From Barthelona sp. PAP020 (Eukaryota), in assembly GCA_040182905.1 (NCBI GenBank), contig JARQWU010000039.1:1-54213 (forward strand): 54,213 bases of DNA. The letters are read 5' to 3'. The notes beneath the pieces were generated by a model. It saw nothing but the letters and a program-made list of their open reading frames with translations. It was not told the DNA's origin and searched no databases. A program made the translations under genes and the position numbers. Shown here piece by piece: positions 31,270 through 42,080 of the stretch (position 1 is its first letter; the number at the start of each line of letters is the position of its first letter).

Positions 31270-32793
31270 ATGTCCAAGAAAGGTGTTAAAGGTAAAATTG
31301 TTCGTCCACAAGAGAAAGAAACTTTCCAAATTGATCCCTGGGTTGATTTTGCTTCATGGTTTGAAAACATCATGTCTTTGGCTGATATTGTTGATAAGAG
31401 ATATCCAGTTAAAGGTATGTATGTATTTAGACCATATGGTTGGTTTATTCATGAAGCTATTATGAGAATGGTTGAAGATGCTTGGATGGAAACCGGTCAT
31501 GAAAAGGTTCAATTTCCTTTAACGATTCCTTGGTCATTTTTAGCACGTGAGGAAGAACACATTGCTGGTTTTGAAAAGCAATGTTTTTGGGTTACCAAGG
31601 GAGGTTTGGAAGAATTACCTGAAAAATTGGCTTTACGTCCCACCTCTGAAACTGCCATGTATAACATGTTTAGTTTATGGGTTCAATCATTCCGTGATTT
31701 CCCTTTGAAAGTTCACCAAACTTGCAGTGTTTTTAGATATGAAACACAAGATACAAAGCCTTTAATTCGTACCCGAGAAATTTTTTGGAATGAAGCACAT
31801 ACTGCCCATGCTACTGCTGATGATGCCTTGGAAACTTTAAGAATTGCCTGGGAAGAATATGATCGTATTTTTGAAAATGATTTATGTGTCAAAGGAATTC
31901 GTTTAAGAAGACCTGAATGGGACAAGTTCAACGGCGCAGAACACACTGATGTTTTGGATGTCTTAATGCCTTGTGGCCGTTGTTTACAAGCTGTTGGTGC
32001 TCATTATTTGGGTCAAAAATTTTCCAAAGTTTTTGACATTAAGTATTTGACTGAAGCCAATGAGTTTGAAAATGCTTACATGACTTGTTATGGTGTTTCT
32101 ACACGTATGATGGCTTCTTGCATTGCTATGAATGGTGATGAAAGAGGTTTGATTCTTCCTCCTAAGTTAGCTCGTTATCAAGCAGTTATCATTCCTATTA
32201 TTAATAAAAAGAGAAAAGATGATGTTTTGGAAGCTTGTACAGCATTAAGTCAACGTTTAAACAAATCAGGTATTAGAACAATATTGGATGATGACACTTC
32301 CAAAAAGCCGGGTGATAAATATTATCATTGGGAAATGAAGGGTGTTCCTATTCGTATTGAAGTTGGACCTCGTGATTTGGATAGCAATCAAGTAATGATG
32401 GTTACTCGTTGTGATAGGCAAAAAAATCCAGTTTCTTTAGATGGTTTAGAAGATACATTAAACGCTGAATTCGTCCGTATTTGTGAAGTAATGAAACAAA
32501 GAAGTTTTGATCTTGAACAAGATAGAGTTGTCAACTGTTCAACAATTGAAGAAATTATTGCTGCAATTGAAAACAAGAAATGGGCCAGATTCCCTTTCCA
32601 TGGAATGGGTTTTGGTGAGAATGGTGAGGATGCAGAAGCTGAATTGAAAGAAAGTTTTATTGGTAAGGATATCAGTGCTCCTGAAGTTAGAGGTTATTGT
32701 CCATTGGAAGAGCAACCTGACTGTGACGACATCACATGTGTTGTTACCGGTAAGAGAGCTAAGTATTATGCTTACGCTGCTCGTTGTTATTAA
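31270..32793 (+). CDS. Prolyl-tRNA synthetase, archaeal-type
   Basis: DKRYPVKGMYV.RPYG, ALRPTSETAMY, FRYE..DTKPLIRTREI, HYLGQKFSK, anticodon-binding domain WEMKGVPIRIEVGPRD, C-terminus ARCY. ATG at 31270. Confidence 0.95.
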   Translation: MSKKGVKGKIVRPQEKETFQIDPWVDFASWFENIMSLADIVDKRYPVKGMYVFRPYGWFIHEAIMRMVEDAWMETGHEKVQFPLTIPWSFLAREEEHIAGFEKQCFWVTKGGLEELPEKLALRPTSETAMYNMFSLWVQSFRDFPLKVHQTCSVFRYETQDTKPLIRTREIFWNEAHTAHATADDALETLRIAWEEYDRIFENDLCVKGIRLRRPEWDKFNGAEHTDVLDVLMPCGRCLQAVGAHYLGQKFSKVFDIKYLTEANEFENAYMTCYGVSTRMMASCIAMNGDERGLILPPKLARYQAVIIPIINKKRKDDVLEACTALSQRLNKSGIRTILDDDTSKKPGDKYYHWEMKGVPIRIEVGPRDLDSNQVMMVTRCDRQKNPVSLDGLEDTLNAEFVRICEVMKQRSFDLEQDRVVNCSTIEEIIAAIENKKWARFPFHGMGFGENGEDAEAELKESFIGKDISAPEVRGYCPLEEQPDCDDITCVVTGKRAKYYAYAARCY

Positions 32794-32871
32794 AGTAAAT
32801 TTGTTCGTTTTTTTTTTGTTCAAAAAATAAAATTTTAAATTATACATTTATGTGCAATATAACTTTATAAA

Positions 32872-34119
32872 TTATTCAATAGTTTGTGTTGTTTCAAAAA
32901 TAGCTTGAGCAACATATTCAACATTCCCGGTATTGAGACCAGAAATTGAAATTCGACCAGAATTTGTCATATAAATACTGTAATTGTCAGCCAAATGACT
33001 AACTTGAGTTGGGGTTAAACCAGTAAATGAAAACATACCAAATTGATCTGTAATGTGATCCCACTTCTTAGGATTAACTTCAGGATTCTTTTCCAATTCT
33101 AATTTCATGATACCATTCTTCAAAGCATTTCTCATTTCAAAAATTCTACCAGACATAATTTTCATTTCATTATTCCAAGAATTAAACAAAGAAACATCCT
33201 TCATGATTTCAGTAATAATTTGAGCTCCATGAATTGGTGGCATAGAATAAGTAGTTCTAGCAATAATGTTAACTTGACTCAAACAAGCTTTTGCTTCTTG
33301 TTCAGAGGAACAAAGAATATATCCAGCACCAATTCTTTCACCATATAACCCCATATTCTTTGAAAAAGATTGACAAATAAAACAAGGACGGTTATGTTCC
33401 AAACTTTCTTCAGCAAACATTCTCAAAACCAAAGCATCTTCATTTAAATCTCCAGAACCAAATCCTTGATAGGCACAATCAATGAAAGGAATAAGATTAT
33501 GTTCAAAAATAACATTCATAATTTGTTTCCATTGGTCAACTGAAGGATCTACACCAGTAGGATTGTGACAAATAGGTTGAATAAGAACAATATTGCCTTC
33601 AGGAATGTTGTTAATATCAGCATACATACCGTCAAAATCTAAAGAACGAGTAGAAGCATCATAATAACGATAGGGATGAATTTGATCATCAGGGAACCTT
33701 TTTTTCAACATGGCAATATGATTAGGCCATGTGGGATCAGAATAGTAAAAATGTTTTTCGGGAGCAAATTTCCTAACGAATTCCATAATGTTAGTCAAAG
33801 CACCAGATCCAGATAGAGATTGAAAAGCGCAAACACGAGGATCTGTAACCAAAGATGAATCCATACCAAACATTACTTTTTTGGCAGCAACCAAATATTC
33901 AGGTTTTCCTTGAATTGGAGGATATTCATGATTGGGATGAGATTTTAATCTTTCCTCAGCTTCAGTAACGCAAGGTAAAACATAAGGTAACCCTTTGTTG
34001 TCTCTGTAGGCGCCAACACCCAAAGAAACTTTTTTTGGATTGGTGTCTGCATTGAATAAAGTATTCAATTTTAAAATACCATCAGGAGGTGCTTGTGAGA
34101 TATTGTTTAGAAAACTCAT
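32872..34119 (-). CDS. Aspartate aminotransferase (class I PLP)
   Basis: KVSLGVGAYRD, HNPTGVD, DCAYQGF, SFSKNMGLYGERIG, GMFSFTGL; no obvious targeting presequence. Confidence 0.95.
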   Translation of the reverse strand: MSFLNNISQAPPDGILKLNTLFNADTNPKKVSLGVGAYRDNKGLPYVLPCVTEAEERLKSHPNHEYPPIQGKPEYLVAAKKVMFGMDSSLVTDPRVCAFQSLSGSGALTNIMEFVRKFAPEKHFYYSDPTWPNHIAMLKKRFPDDQIHPYRYYDASTRSLDFDGMYADINNIPEGNIVLIQPICHNPTGVDPSVDQWKQIMNVIFEHNLIPFIDCAYQGFGSGDLNEDALVLRMFAEESLEHNRPCFICQSFSKNMGLYGERIGAGYILCSSEQEAKACLSQVNIIARTTYSMPPIHGAQIITEIMKDVSLFNSWNNEMKIMSGRIFEMRNALKNGIMKLELEKNPEVNPKKWDHITDQFGMFSFTGLTPTQVSHLADNYSIYMTNSGRISISGLNTGNVEYVAQAIFETTQTIE

Positions 34120-34498
34120 CGAAAAAATAAAAAATCTTTCTTGAATTCAATCAGTGGTTGGGGTAATTCGTTTTGAAAAAAAAAGACTTCATCCCAAATC
34201 CGAAGATGTTTTCCATTCTTTTGTCTTGAATTTAAATAATTTACATTTTTTAACAAACAAATAGCCATATAAAAACAATTGAAAGGAAGTTGAAAAAAAA
34301 AAAAGTCTTCATTATTTTTCTTTGTTATAAATTAAAAATTTTATCAAAAGAGTTGCCAAACATCTAGAGAGAAAAGCAAAACAAAAAAATCAACAGAAAA
34401 AAAAAGTCTTTTTTTTTACTTGAACATCCTGAATGGTTGAAAAATACAAGGGCACAAAATTTTTTTTTAGATCACACAAAATACCAATAAAGAACAGT

Positions 34499-34933
34499 TT
34501 ATTTCAATTGAAGAAATTCAATATATTTTTTACAAACTAGGATGATTTCCGTTTTTTCAACAAAAGGGTGCAATCCACATTCATTAAAATCAGGAAATAA
34601 ATACTGATTTTTCATAAAAATACACAAAAATCCAATAAATTCTTCCATACAGAACTCATTGTTGGAATTTGAAAAGCATTCTGCCAATAATTTATCTATT
34701 TCAGATGTTTCTAACCAAATACATAGAGTTTGTTGACTGATTGTTTCTTCAACAAACTGAAGTTCAAAAAGATGAAATATTGGTATATCTGAAGGATGTC
34801 CATTCTTTTCGAGACAATAAACGTTAATTAATACCTTTAAAAGATCAAAAAGAGGGTTTCCAGGAAAAAAATCTTTGAATAGGTGTTTTTTTTGAGCCAA
34901 AACATTGAAACAATGTTTTCCAAATGAAGACAT
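34499..34933 (-). CDS. Hypothetical protein (144 aa)
   Basis: ATG-initiated ORF flanked by AT-rich intergenic DNA; no recognised motif. Confidence 0.5.
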   Translation of the reverse strand: MSSFGKHCFNVLAQKKHLFKDFFPGNPLFDLLKVLINVYCLEKNGHPSDIPIFHLFELQFVEETISQQTLCIWLETSEIDKLLAECFSNSNNEFCMEEFIGFLCIFMKNQYLFPDFNECGLHPFVEKTEIILVCKKYIEFLQLK

Positions 34934-35166
34934 TGATAATAAAAAACTAATAACAATTGATAAGATTACTGTAAATGTAGAAAAATTAAGAAAATCAATC
35001 TTTCAAAAAAAAAAAAATGCGCAAAGCAATGAACCAAACTCCATCAATTTTAAATATTTACCAATTTAGAACCAAAGAAATCAGAATCGCCAATAAAAAA
35101 AAAATTTGAAAGGAGAAACATTTAATTTTAACATTCATTTTCCTTGCAATTTTCCGATAATATGAC

Positions 35167-37785
35167 ATGAAAGAACTTATATTTATTGTATTTTTGTTTT
35201 GTTTATATATTTGTAAGGGTCAAAATAATATTATTATTGATAATTCTCTCAATATAAATTTGGAGGATAAAATTGAAGGGTACACAATCAACACCACTAG
35301 CAGTGTATGTGGTGTTGGTCAATATTTAAGAAATTCGAATTGTTATTCATGTCTTGAACATTGCACCTGTGCTAATGATTTAATAGTTGTTGATGAAGGA
35401 TATATGGTTTTTGAATTCAGTAAAGTGTTACCATGTATAAATTCTGGTTGTGGATTCAAATACAATGCCACAACATCCAAATTGGATCCACAATGTACAA
35501 ATGGCACAACTGGAGATTATTGTAACATATGTCAAAGAGGGTATTTGAGATTAGAAAATCAATGCGTCAAGCCCAGTATTTCCACTATTTTTATATATCT
35601 AATCGCATGTTTTGCTCTTCCCATAGCTGTGCCATTGTTTTCTTATTTACTCACATTTCGAAACATTAAATGGTTTAGTAGCACTAGATATGCTTTTAAA
35701 TTATCGATTGTTGTTGGTTTTGGATACTATTTCACATCACCCTATTTACAACAGTCTTTTTTACCGATGATACCCAAACATTTTTTGTTAGGCATATTTA
35801 ATGGAGAATTAATGTTATATTTGGGGTTACCATATCAATATGTTGGAGCTACGAGATTATTTGTTGAGTTCTTTTATGTTTTGATTATTTTGATAATTTA
35901 TCTCATCTTGTTCAAGAATCATCGTCATTCATGGTGGCATGCATGTGTAGCTTATATTAATGTGTTTTTGGTGATGGTTCCTCTAGCAAATATGACTAAT
36001 TTTCAAAACTTTGCTTTAATGTTACATGATCCAAACTCAATATCTTACGTTGGGGGTGTTTATATCAGAACTGGAGATTATTCAGATATTGTCTCTATTT
36101 TTAGTGTGATTATTACCACTTTACTTAGTTTAGGAATTGTTGTTTGGATAGCAAGGCTTAACGAATATATATTTGACCATCCTGAATTAGATGATGTTGC
36201 TGGATATTTAACACATGAAGATTCTTCACCTGGAAAATGTAATGGTACTCAATTGACGATGATTTTCTTGTATGGAGTTCCTACATGTTTAACAATACCA
36301 CCAAATGATACCATATATTTTTCTTTAACTGTATTAGGATTATTCATTTTTGCCTTTATTTTTGCTTGGAGAGGGTTCTTCAATGGTAGACATAAAAAAG
36401 CAGATTACTTTGCTTTTACTTTATCATTTATTTCATTATTGGTTACTTTCACATCTAATAATACACCTTGGACACAAAATTCCAAAAAGGTTTTGCATTT
36501 GTGTCTGTTAATTTGCTTTGTTTGCTGGTATTTATTTTGTTTAGTTGATGTTTATGAGTTTAAATCTTTAACTGTAGTTAAATATGTTCAAGAACGAGTT
36601 AATTCAGTATTAAATTTTAAAAGTTCCAAAGAGTCAATAAATAACAAATACTTATTCAAAATTGATCGTAATATAATCATTCCACAAATGATAAACCGAA
36701 ATAAGATAAAGTTTTTAATAAATCTATTTGAAACAACAAAAGTTGAAGCAGAAATGGGTGTACAATTATTGTTATTGTTAAATGACAAGAATCGTAAGAA
36801 GAATAAACCGATTCATTTGGACGGATCTGAAATTTTCAGTTTAGAAAAAGATATAGGTATTGCTTATGATTCCATTGAATCGACTTTAGATCGAATTTTT
36901 CGAGGAAAATATGAAAATTACGATTTGAATTTGATATTGTCTTTGGTTAATATATTAAATAAACCTTCTAATTTATTTATAGAAGAAGATCAATTGATTG
37001 AGAACTTTAAACTAGTACAAAAGTGTAATTTTACTAAATATTCTGATAAAAAATTATTTTTTGATACAATAGAAAAATGTATCACTTTAAAAAGATTATG
37101 GTTTGATGAAAATCTAATTTTTGATAAAGATTTTTATCGTATTGATTTTGTTTGGGCTTGTAAAGCTATATTTTTCATGAGAATAGCACAAATGCAAAAA
37201 TATGCTAAATCAAAGAGATTACAAATGTTTATTGATTATTTAGAATCTATTCAACCAACTGAAATCATTAAAGTAGATAGAATTACTAAGATTTGTATCT
37301 TTAATCAAACTCAAATTGGTGTAGATTATATTCTGCAAAATCAACCATTTATTACTTTCAATGTATTACATAGACCTTTATTATTTTTAAGTAGTTTAGC
37401 TGAAATTACAGGAAGTCCTTTAAGAGGAATAATCCCAAGAAATCATTCTAATATGGATTCCAAATCATTACAATCAATTAATCAATATATAAATAATCTT
37501 TTAGTGGAATTCAATAATGGTGCTAAAAATACAATGAATATTTCATCTGATGAAGAATATCTCATTAAAAATGCTCGTAGAAACAATAAAAGGAATAATT
37601 CTTTGTCTATGTCAAACACAAATTCATCAGATCAAAATGGGTTCTTTTCTATGGCATCCAGAAGTTCAATCAACAGTAGTAAAAACGATCTTGTAGTTGC
37701 TACTAATGATGACATTGAGTATTTCAATGTCAATTATGACAATGAAATGATGGATGCTTTTACTGATTCAGAAACAGATTTGTGA
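35167..37785 (+). CDS. Cys-rich ectodomain, multi-pass membrane protein with long cytosolic tail
   Basis: Signal peptide, CGVGQY...CYSC..C.C, CTNGTTGDYCNICQRGY....QC, then roughly 8-10 hydrophobic segments and a ~400-aa tail. Confidence 0.75.
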   Translation: MKELIFIVFLFCLYICKGQNNIIIDNSLNINLEDKIEGYTINTTSSVCGVGQYLRNSNCYSCLEHCTCANDLIVVDEGYMVFEFSKVLPCINSGCGFKYNATTSKLDPQCTNGTTGDYCNICQRGYLRLENQCVKPSISTIFIYLIACFALPIAVPLFSYLLTFRNIKWFSSTRYAFKLSIVVGFGYYFTSPYLQQSFLPMIPKHFLLGIFNGELMLYLGLPYQYVGATRLFVEFFYVLIILIIYLILFKNHRHSWWHACVAYINVFLVMVPLANMTNFQNFALMLHDPNSISYVGGVYIRTGDYSDIVSIFSVIITTLLSLGIVVWIARLNEYIFDHPELDDVAGYLTHEDSSPGKCNGTQLTMIFLYGVPTCLTIPPNDTIYFSLTVLGLFIFAFIFAWRGFFNGRHKKADYFAFTLSFISLLVTFTSNNTPWTQNSKKVLHLCLLICFVCWYLFCLVDVYEFKSLTVVKYVQERVNSVLNFKSSKESINNKYLFKIDRNIIIPQMINRNKIKFLINLFETTKVEAEMGVQLLLLLNDKNRKKNKPIHLDGSEIFSLEKDIGIAYDSIESTLDRIFRGKYENYDLNLILSLVNILNKPSNLFIEEDQLIENFKLVQKCNFTKYSDKKLFFDTIEKCITLKRLWFDENLIFDKDFYRIDFVWACKAIFFMRIAQMQKYAKSKRLQMFIDYLESIQPTEIIKVDRITKICIFNQTQIGVDYILQNQPFITFNVLHRPLLFLSSLAEITGSPLRGIIPRNHSNMDSKSLQSINQYINNLLVEFNNGAKNTMNISSDEEYLIKNARRNNKRNNSLSMSNTNSSDQNGFFSMASRSSINSSKNDLVVATNDDIEYFNVNYDNEMMDAFTDSETDL

Positions 37786-38112
37786 TTTTTTTTTTTTTTT
37801 CAAAGAAATTTCACTGACACAAACAACCAAATAAAGAAATAAATTAACGTCTTTTTTTTTGTTTTTTTCATTTAAATCGATTTAAGTGTCAATTTAGATA
37901 TTAAGATTTCACCTTTAATTGCTTTGGTCTGCATCATTTTATCAAAACTATTTTTTGCAAAGGTTGCCCTTACAGCAAACAAAAAAATTTCTTTTTTATT
38001 TCATGTTTTCAACAAAAAAAAAAAAATAATCAAGTGAAATAAATGTTTTATCCAGCTTCCAACTAATTTAAAAAATTAAAATTGGTGGTGTCCTAATGAA
38101 AATTGAGCCAAA

Positions 38113-38775
38113 TTAGCAAAGACGCACAGCGGTACGGTTTTCAGTCTTAAATTGAGTTGACTTAATATGAACAGTGTCAATATTTTGCCATTTCTTCTTA
38201 AGGAGAGAAACAAGATAGTTAATAGAACGTAAAATGTTACTGACAGCTTGTTCTTCAGTAAGATTCATGTTACCAACAGCGGTGTGAAGACCGAAAGTCT
38301 TACGGAGAGTGAAGTTAACAGTCTTATTAACAGCATCAACCTTGGAAGCAATTTGAGCAGGGTTAGGAACGGGGGTAGGATACTTATGAGCACGATTGAA
38401 CATGGAACCACAGTATTTTCTGATATCCTTGGCCATAGAAGGAGCCATGAAGAAAACATCAGCAGATTTGATGAGTTTCTTGACTTCCTTGTTGTCCTTA
38501 AGAGCCTTTAAATCATCAACAGTAATGTGTCTGATATTATTGGCAGCACAAACTTGAGCCAAACGGGCATCAGCGATAACACAAACAGGAGTGTTCAATT
38601 TAACATCATTTTGCAATTGAACGGATCCACTGAAACGCTTATCCTTCTTTTCATAACCCTTAAGTTGAACTTGAAGTTCAATTGTTTCAACGAATCTATG
38701 GTACTTCTTGTTCTTATAGACTTCATAAATTTCATGAACGGCTTCACGGACTTGATCGCTAGAGATCTTGGACAT
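38113..38775 (-). CDS. RPL10A: 60S ribosomal protein L10a (uL1)
   Basis: FVETIELQV.LKGY..KDKRFSGSVQL, AVGN, NYLVSLLKKKWQNI; strong codon bias. Confidence 0.95.
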   Translation of the reverse strand: MSKISSDQVREAVHEIYEVYKNKKYHRFVETIELQVQLKGYEKKDKRFSGSVQLQNDVKLNTPVCVIADARLAQVCAANNIRHITVDDLKALKDNKEVKKLIKSADVFFMAPSMAKDIRKYCGSMFNRAHKYPTPVPNPAQIASKVDAVNKTVNFTLRKTFGLHTAVGNMNLTEEQAVSNILRSINYLVSLLKKKWQNIDTVHIKSTQFKTENRTAVRLC

Positions 38776-38878
38776 TTAATTCAACGGAAAATTGGAATTG
38801 AAAAGGAATAAAAAATAACAAAAAATTTATAAAAAATTTTCAACTTCCTTCCTCAACTTTTTTTAGTTATATAACAAA

Positions 38879-39352
38879 ATGGTTTGTGATTATGTGCGAT
38901 TCTATTTTAATCAACATCAACATGAGATTTAACGCCTTTATTTACTATTTTTATTTTGATCAAATTCTAATATTTAGGGTGGTGTTCGTACAAGAACTAT
39001 CAAGCGCGCTGCTAAAGCTATTATTGAAAAACATTATCCTAAGCTTACTACTGATTTCGAAACAAACAAGAAACTTATCGATACTGTTGCACAAATTCCC
39101 ACCAAGCGTCTTCGCAATAAAATTGCCGGTTATACTACTCATCTTATGGTTCGTCTTCGTCAAGGACCTGTTCGTGGTATTTCTTTCAAGCTTCAAGAAG
39201 AAGAACGTGAACGTTTAGATAACTATGTTCCTGAAATCAGTAAGATTCATGTCGGTGATGATGTTACTATTAATGTCAACCAAACCACCATGAACATGCT
39301 TGAAGCTTTGGAATATCAAGTTCCCGGTGTTAGAGTTTCTGGTCGTAAGTAA
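38879..39352 (+). CDS. RPS17: 40S ribosomal protein S17 (eS17); exons 38879-38881 and 38978-39352; 125 aa
   Basis: The spliced product is [21 protein letters not shown]...[16 protein letters not shown]...[23 protein letters not shown]. Confidence 0.95.
38882..38977 (+). other. Spliceosomal intron (96 nt) directly after the RPS17 start codon
   Basis: GTTTGT...TTCTAATATTTAG; removal restores the eS17 N-terminus. Confidence 0.9.
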
Positions 39353-39460
39353 GTATTTAATTTTGATGACTTTAAATAAACGCTTGCCCATTTATTCTTT
39401 TTTTTTTTTAGTTTGATTTCAAAATCTTCAAATAATAAAAGAGAAACACATTTACATATT

Positions 39461-41422
39461 TTATGAAAATAATGAACTGTTGAGATATTCACCAAATATT
39501 TCATTCAAATATTTGAGATTGTTTTCGTTTTCTTCAGTATATTGAAATAAAATCTCTGATTTAATGGAAAAGATTTTAATGTGAATAACATTGATTCTGA
39601 CATTATTATTGCATTCAGTGATGGTTTTGTGTGTAAAAGTTAATTTACCACTATATATCCCAAAATCCGCCCGATATTCTGTTGAATTTTCAAAATGACA
39701 ATCTTTGAAAAAAGGCTTCAAAGCATGTGGAAAACCAACAACAAGACATGGTGATAATTGATAAATGTTATCAATTTCATTTATGTCACCATCAAAAGGG
39801 GTTGAAATGTTAAGATTGGCAAGAGCATAATGAAACCAATCTGGCAAATAAACATTGATTACAGTACCTGCATTAGGAAATTTAGAAGGACTAATAAAGT
39901 CGAAATCCTCGTAACCAACTAATTCTAAGAATTGAAAGCTGGCAGATTTTAAAGGAAGACAAGTTGAATTGTTCCATTTGCGTAATATTTTTTTATTGCA
40001 TTCAATATTCCAAAATTCTTCAATGTGTTTCAAAAAATCAACTTCGTGCATTAACTCTTCTGTGGGATCGCTTAATTTGCTAACGATTTCACCAAATTTT
40101 TCATAATAAAGTTTTGACATCTTTTCATTGATAAACTGTACTTTACCCAATTTTGCAAGATAAAGTAAGATTTGATTTTCACAATTTTGAACTAGATCAG
40201 TAATTTTCAATCGTTTAAAAGAAGCAAAAATATCAATAAGATTGAAGAGAAAAATGGATTTGTATAATAACAAATCGTTACTAATAAAGTTAGCAAAAGA
40301 TTCTTTAATTGAAAGCAAATCATCATAACTAACACTTTTAATGATTAAACTCAAGAGTTGTACAACTTTATTATTTAAAATGCCTGGAAAATATGAAATA
40401 ATTTCATCAATACTGTATCCATTTGCTAGAATCTTTTCATAAAGTTTCTTTGAATTCATCTGCTCAAAAACATTAACCAAATCATATAAACGAATGAACT
40501 GAGTCAAACCAAGTCTGAATTTACTTTCAGTTTCCAATTTTTCAAACTTTTCGATCTTTTGAAAAAACTCAAACTTTGCATACATGTCATCAACTTTAGA
40601 ATTTATAACCAATCGACAAATACGCATCAAAGTATACAAAGAAAATTCATGATCTTTTGAAGTTTGAGCAAATAGATAGAGAGAATCCAGAATTTGCAAA
40701 CAAATAGATATGGAAAATTGACTCATATTCATCATTGCAAAAGGTTCAAATGATTGATCAAATTCTTCAAGTACTGACAATGTATTGGTAAAAGTGAATT
40801 TCATTTTTGATGAAGGATTGTATCTGAGTAAGAATGGGAATGCTTTGGCTAAAACACTAATATGTGCTGGATAAAGAAGGCAAATACTCAACACGCCACG
40901 AATGTTAAACATAAAATGATGTTCATACAACTCCATACTTAAATCTTTCAACAATTTTTCATCAAGAAAATACCTATATTTAGAAACTAAATGGATAAAA
41001 TAAACTTTTAAACTTTTAGAGATATTTTTACGTACTTCTAACAAACGATTTAGACAAATTAACATCAATCTATTCGTTTTATTCGTTCGTTCATATAAAT
41101 AACAAAAAATTAATAAAGAGTCGATCTCAAAGTCATTCATCTTATCTTTGTCTTTCTTTAGATATTTCTTGATGAGAGTTCTCAAATTTCGGGAAAAATC
41201 ATCACTTGTAGAATTTCGTGAACATATTCGCTTGTAAACACTGAGAATTTTTGTAACAGAAATATCAAAATTGTTATTTAATAAATTTCGAATATTTTTA
41301 GTCTTGTATTGTTTGACAAACAGTTGTTTCATAACAAAACTGTTTTTTTTTCTGGTAAATCTAACAATTCCATATGTTATTGAAGGAATTCCAATTAACA
41401 ATAATTTTTTCAAATGTTTCAT
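39461..41422 (-). CDS. Hypothetical helical protein (653 aa) with N-terminal hydrophobic segment
   Basis: Long ORF; N-terminal LLLIGIPSITYGIV followed by basic residues. Confidence 0.65.
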   Translation of the reverse strand: MKHLKKLLLIGIPSITYGIVRFTRKKNSFVMKQLFVKQYKTKNIRNLLNNNFDISVTKILSVYKRICSRNSTSDDFSRNLRTLIKKYLKKDKDKMNDFEIDSLLIFCYLYERTNKTNRLMLICLNRLLEVRKNISKSLKVYFIHLVSKYRYFLDEKLLKDLSMELYEHHFMFNIRGVLSICLLYPAHISVLAKAFPFLLRYNPSSKMKFTFTNTLSVLEEFDQSFEPFAMMNMSQFSISICLQILDSLYLFAQTSKDHEFSLYTLMRICRLVINSKVDDMYAKFEFFQKIEKFEKLETESKFRLGLTQFIRLYDLVNVFEQMNSKKLYEKILANGYSIDEIISYFPGILNNKVVQLLSLIIKSVSYDDLLSIKESFANFISNDLLLYKSIFLFNLIDIFASFKRLKITDLVQNCENQILLYLAKLGKVQFINEKMSKLYYEKFGEIVSKLSDPTEELMHEVDFLKHIEEFWNIECNKKILRKWNNSTCLPLKSASFQFLELVGYEDFDFISPSKFPNAGTVINVYLPDWFHYALANLNISTPFDGDINEIDNIYQLSPCLVVGFPHALKPFFKDCHFENSTEYRADFGIYSGKLTFTHKTITECNNNVRINVIHIKIFSIKSEILFQYTEENENNLKYLNEIFGEYLNSSLFS

Positions 41423-42080
41423 ATCATCTTTTGTGAATGTTGAAAAAAAAAAGGTTGATTAAATCAAAGATTTATTGATTGTTGAATTGAAAGTAATTAA
41501 TTTCTTTTTACAATGATAATATTTTCAATAATAGCATAAATAACTCAAACAAATCTTCTGAGACAACTGCAAATTCTTCCTTTTTTTCATTCTCTTTTGA
41601 TTAATTTTATCCCTTCTTCGTAATTTTGGACAAAAATATTTGAAGAATGTCTCATAATATTTGTTTTAATTTTAGTCTTCTTTTATTTGCAATCCTTTTG
41701 TATTTATTCAAATAAATTGCCTGTAAATTGATAAATAACTTGTGCAAAAGACTTAAAATAGAGTAAATTTTGTTTTGGGATGTTTTGATTTTTTTTGTCA
41801 GAAATTTCACCCTCTTAATGCCTTTGAAAATATATACATGAGAATGAATAAATAAGTGCTGAAAATATCATGAATTTTCCAAATTAGTGGAACTGCTCAA
41901 AAATTTGATTAACTCTTTTCTTTTTTACAATATAAAAACGCAAATCATTAACCTTTTTATGCAATAATTCATCAAACAAGAAAAAAGTTCAACAACAAAA
42001 ATGAGCTCCTGAAAAATGATTTTTCAAAAAAGAAAAATCTTTTTTTTTAATTATATCTTGATGTTTATGGGCACTTAAAG

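Noticed and set aside
38883..38966. Box C/D snoRNA inside the RPS17 intron (TGATTA...TTGA with a TTTG/CAAA stem)
   Set aside because: Both boxes are non-canonical and I could not identify an rRNA-complementary guide.
38886..39218. ORFs 38886..39218 and 39146..39352 as separate genes
   Set aside because: Explained by spliced RPS17: one is out of frame and the other is its C-terminal part.
41470..41930. Gene on the minus strand of the long spacer
   Set aside because: Only short stop-interrupted fragments with no identifiable homology; at most a relic.
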